This document shows positions 63,395-64,000 of a stretch of DNA of 64,000 nt, piece after piece. The DNA comes from Octopus sinensis (Eukaryota). Under the pieces are notes generated by a model, which ran no database searches, was not told the DNA's origin, and worked only from the letters and a program-made list of their open reading frames with translations. The stretch's first letter is position 1. Each line of letters opens with the position of its first letter. Both the position numbers and the translations under genes were made by a program. The stretch spans positions 29,884,001 to 29,948,000 of the forward strand of contig NC_043003.1 of NCBI RefSeq assembly GCF_006345805.1, in the 5' to 3' direction.

Positions 63395-64000
63395 TTTACT
63401 TAGGATTTTTTTAATAATAAAACTTTTCTAAAGGGAGATAACTCACACGCTTTGGGCGTGGAAACAAAGTTTGACCTGACTTAAAGTGTCGAATTTTCTC
63501 AGAAATGCATAGTTTTTTACGAAATTTTGTCGAGGTAAAAGTTACAATTTTGCTGATGGCATTAAAAATCTGGAGGGGAAAAGGTTTCAGATCATTTTCT
63601 TCCACATGGTCATAACTAAACTACATGGTCATAACTACAGCGCAATTCCCCACCACCAACAGCAAATTTGTTTCCTCATAACTTTCTTAAAAACGTATAT
63701 TTTCTAATGAAATTTTGCCGAGATACATTTTCAAAGATATAGATTATAATTATATTAATGGGGAGTTTCGGAATTATATCCTCCATGCAGGTATAACTAT
63801 GGCGCGATTCCCACTTCCACCACCACCACCATTTTCAAGGATACAAATTATAATCACCTGAAATGGCGGACCTGGCGCACAGTTACCCCGCATATTTTCT
63901 TATATAACATATAAACATGTACATCTTTTAGAAAATTGTCATTTTATAACACTTTGCTGGCAAATTTTTAAATTAACATAAACATTTATTTAAGTGAAAG

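Noticed and set aside
47594-64000. Polinton/Maverick or endogenous giant virus
   Set aside because: No pPolB, capsid, ATPase or dense gene packing is visible; only two ORFs in 16 kb outside the Gypsy.

Overview
This is AT-rich, repeat-dense animal genomic DNA. The RTE/SINE families with (GAT)n tails strongly suggest an octopus (coleoid cephalopod), but that is an inference. About 0.7-36.5 kb holds the 3' two-thirds of a + strand SLC26 (prestin/pendrin-like) anion transporter gene. I assembled 11 coding exons by hand, plus a possible tiny last exon. Its introns are full of RTE and R4/Dong LINE pieces, tRNA-derived SINEs, mariner/pogo remnants and a non-autonomous Helitron. About 37-47.5 kb contains RTE copies (one with a PHD finger inside the RT region and an expanded 67-bp hairpin array in its 3' UTR), a Tc1 remnant and a ~1013-bp tandem triplication of a dead Helitron helicase. 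About 47.6-64 kb is different in character: two related non-coding blocks each lie downstream of an uninterrupted minus-strand ORF (259 aa and 479 aa). The two proteins are homologous and look like tandem death-fold proteins. Several MITEs and a very young 4.2-kb Gypsy LTR retrotransposon are nested in this part. The most unusual signal is that the Gypsy primer-binding site lacks TGG and is the exact reverse complement of the first 12 nt (5' end) of metazoan tRNA-Phe, suggesting priming by a short 5' tRNA fragment.
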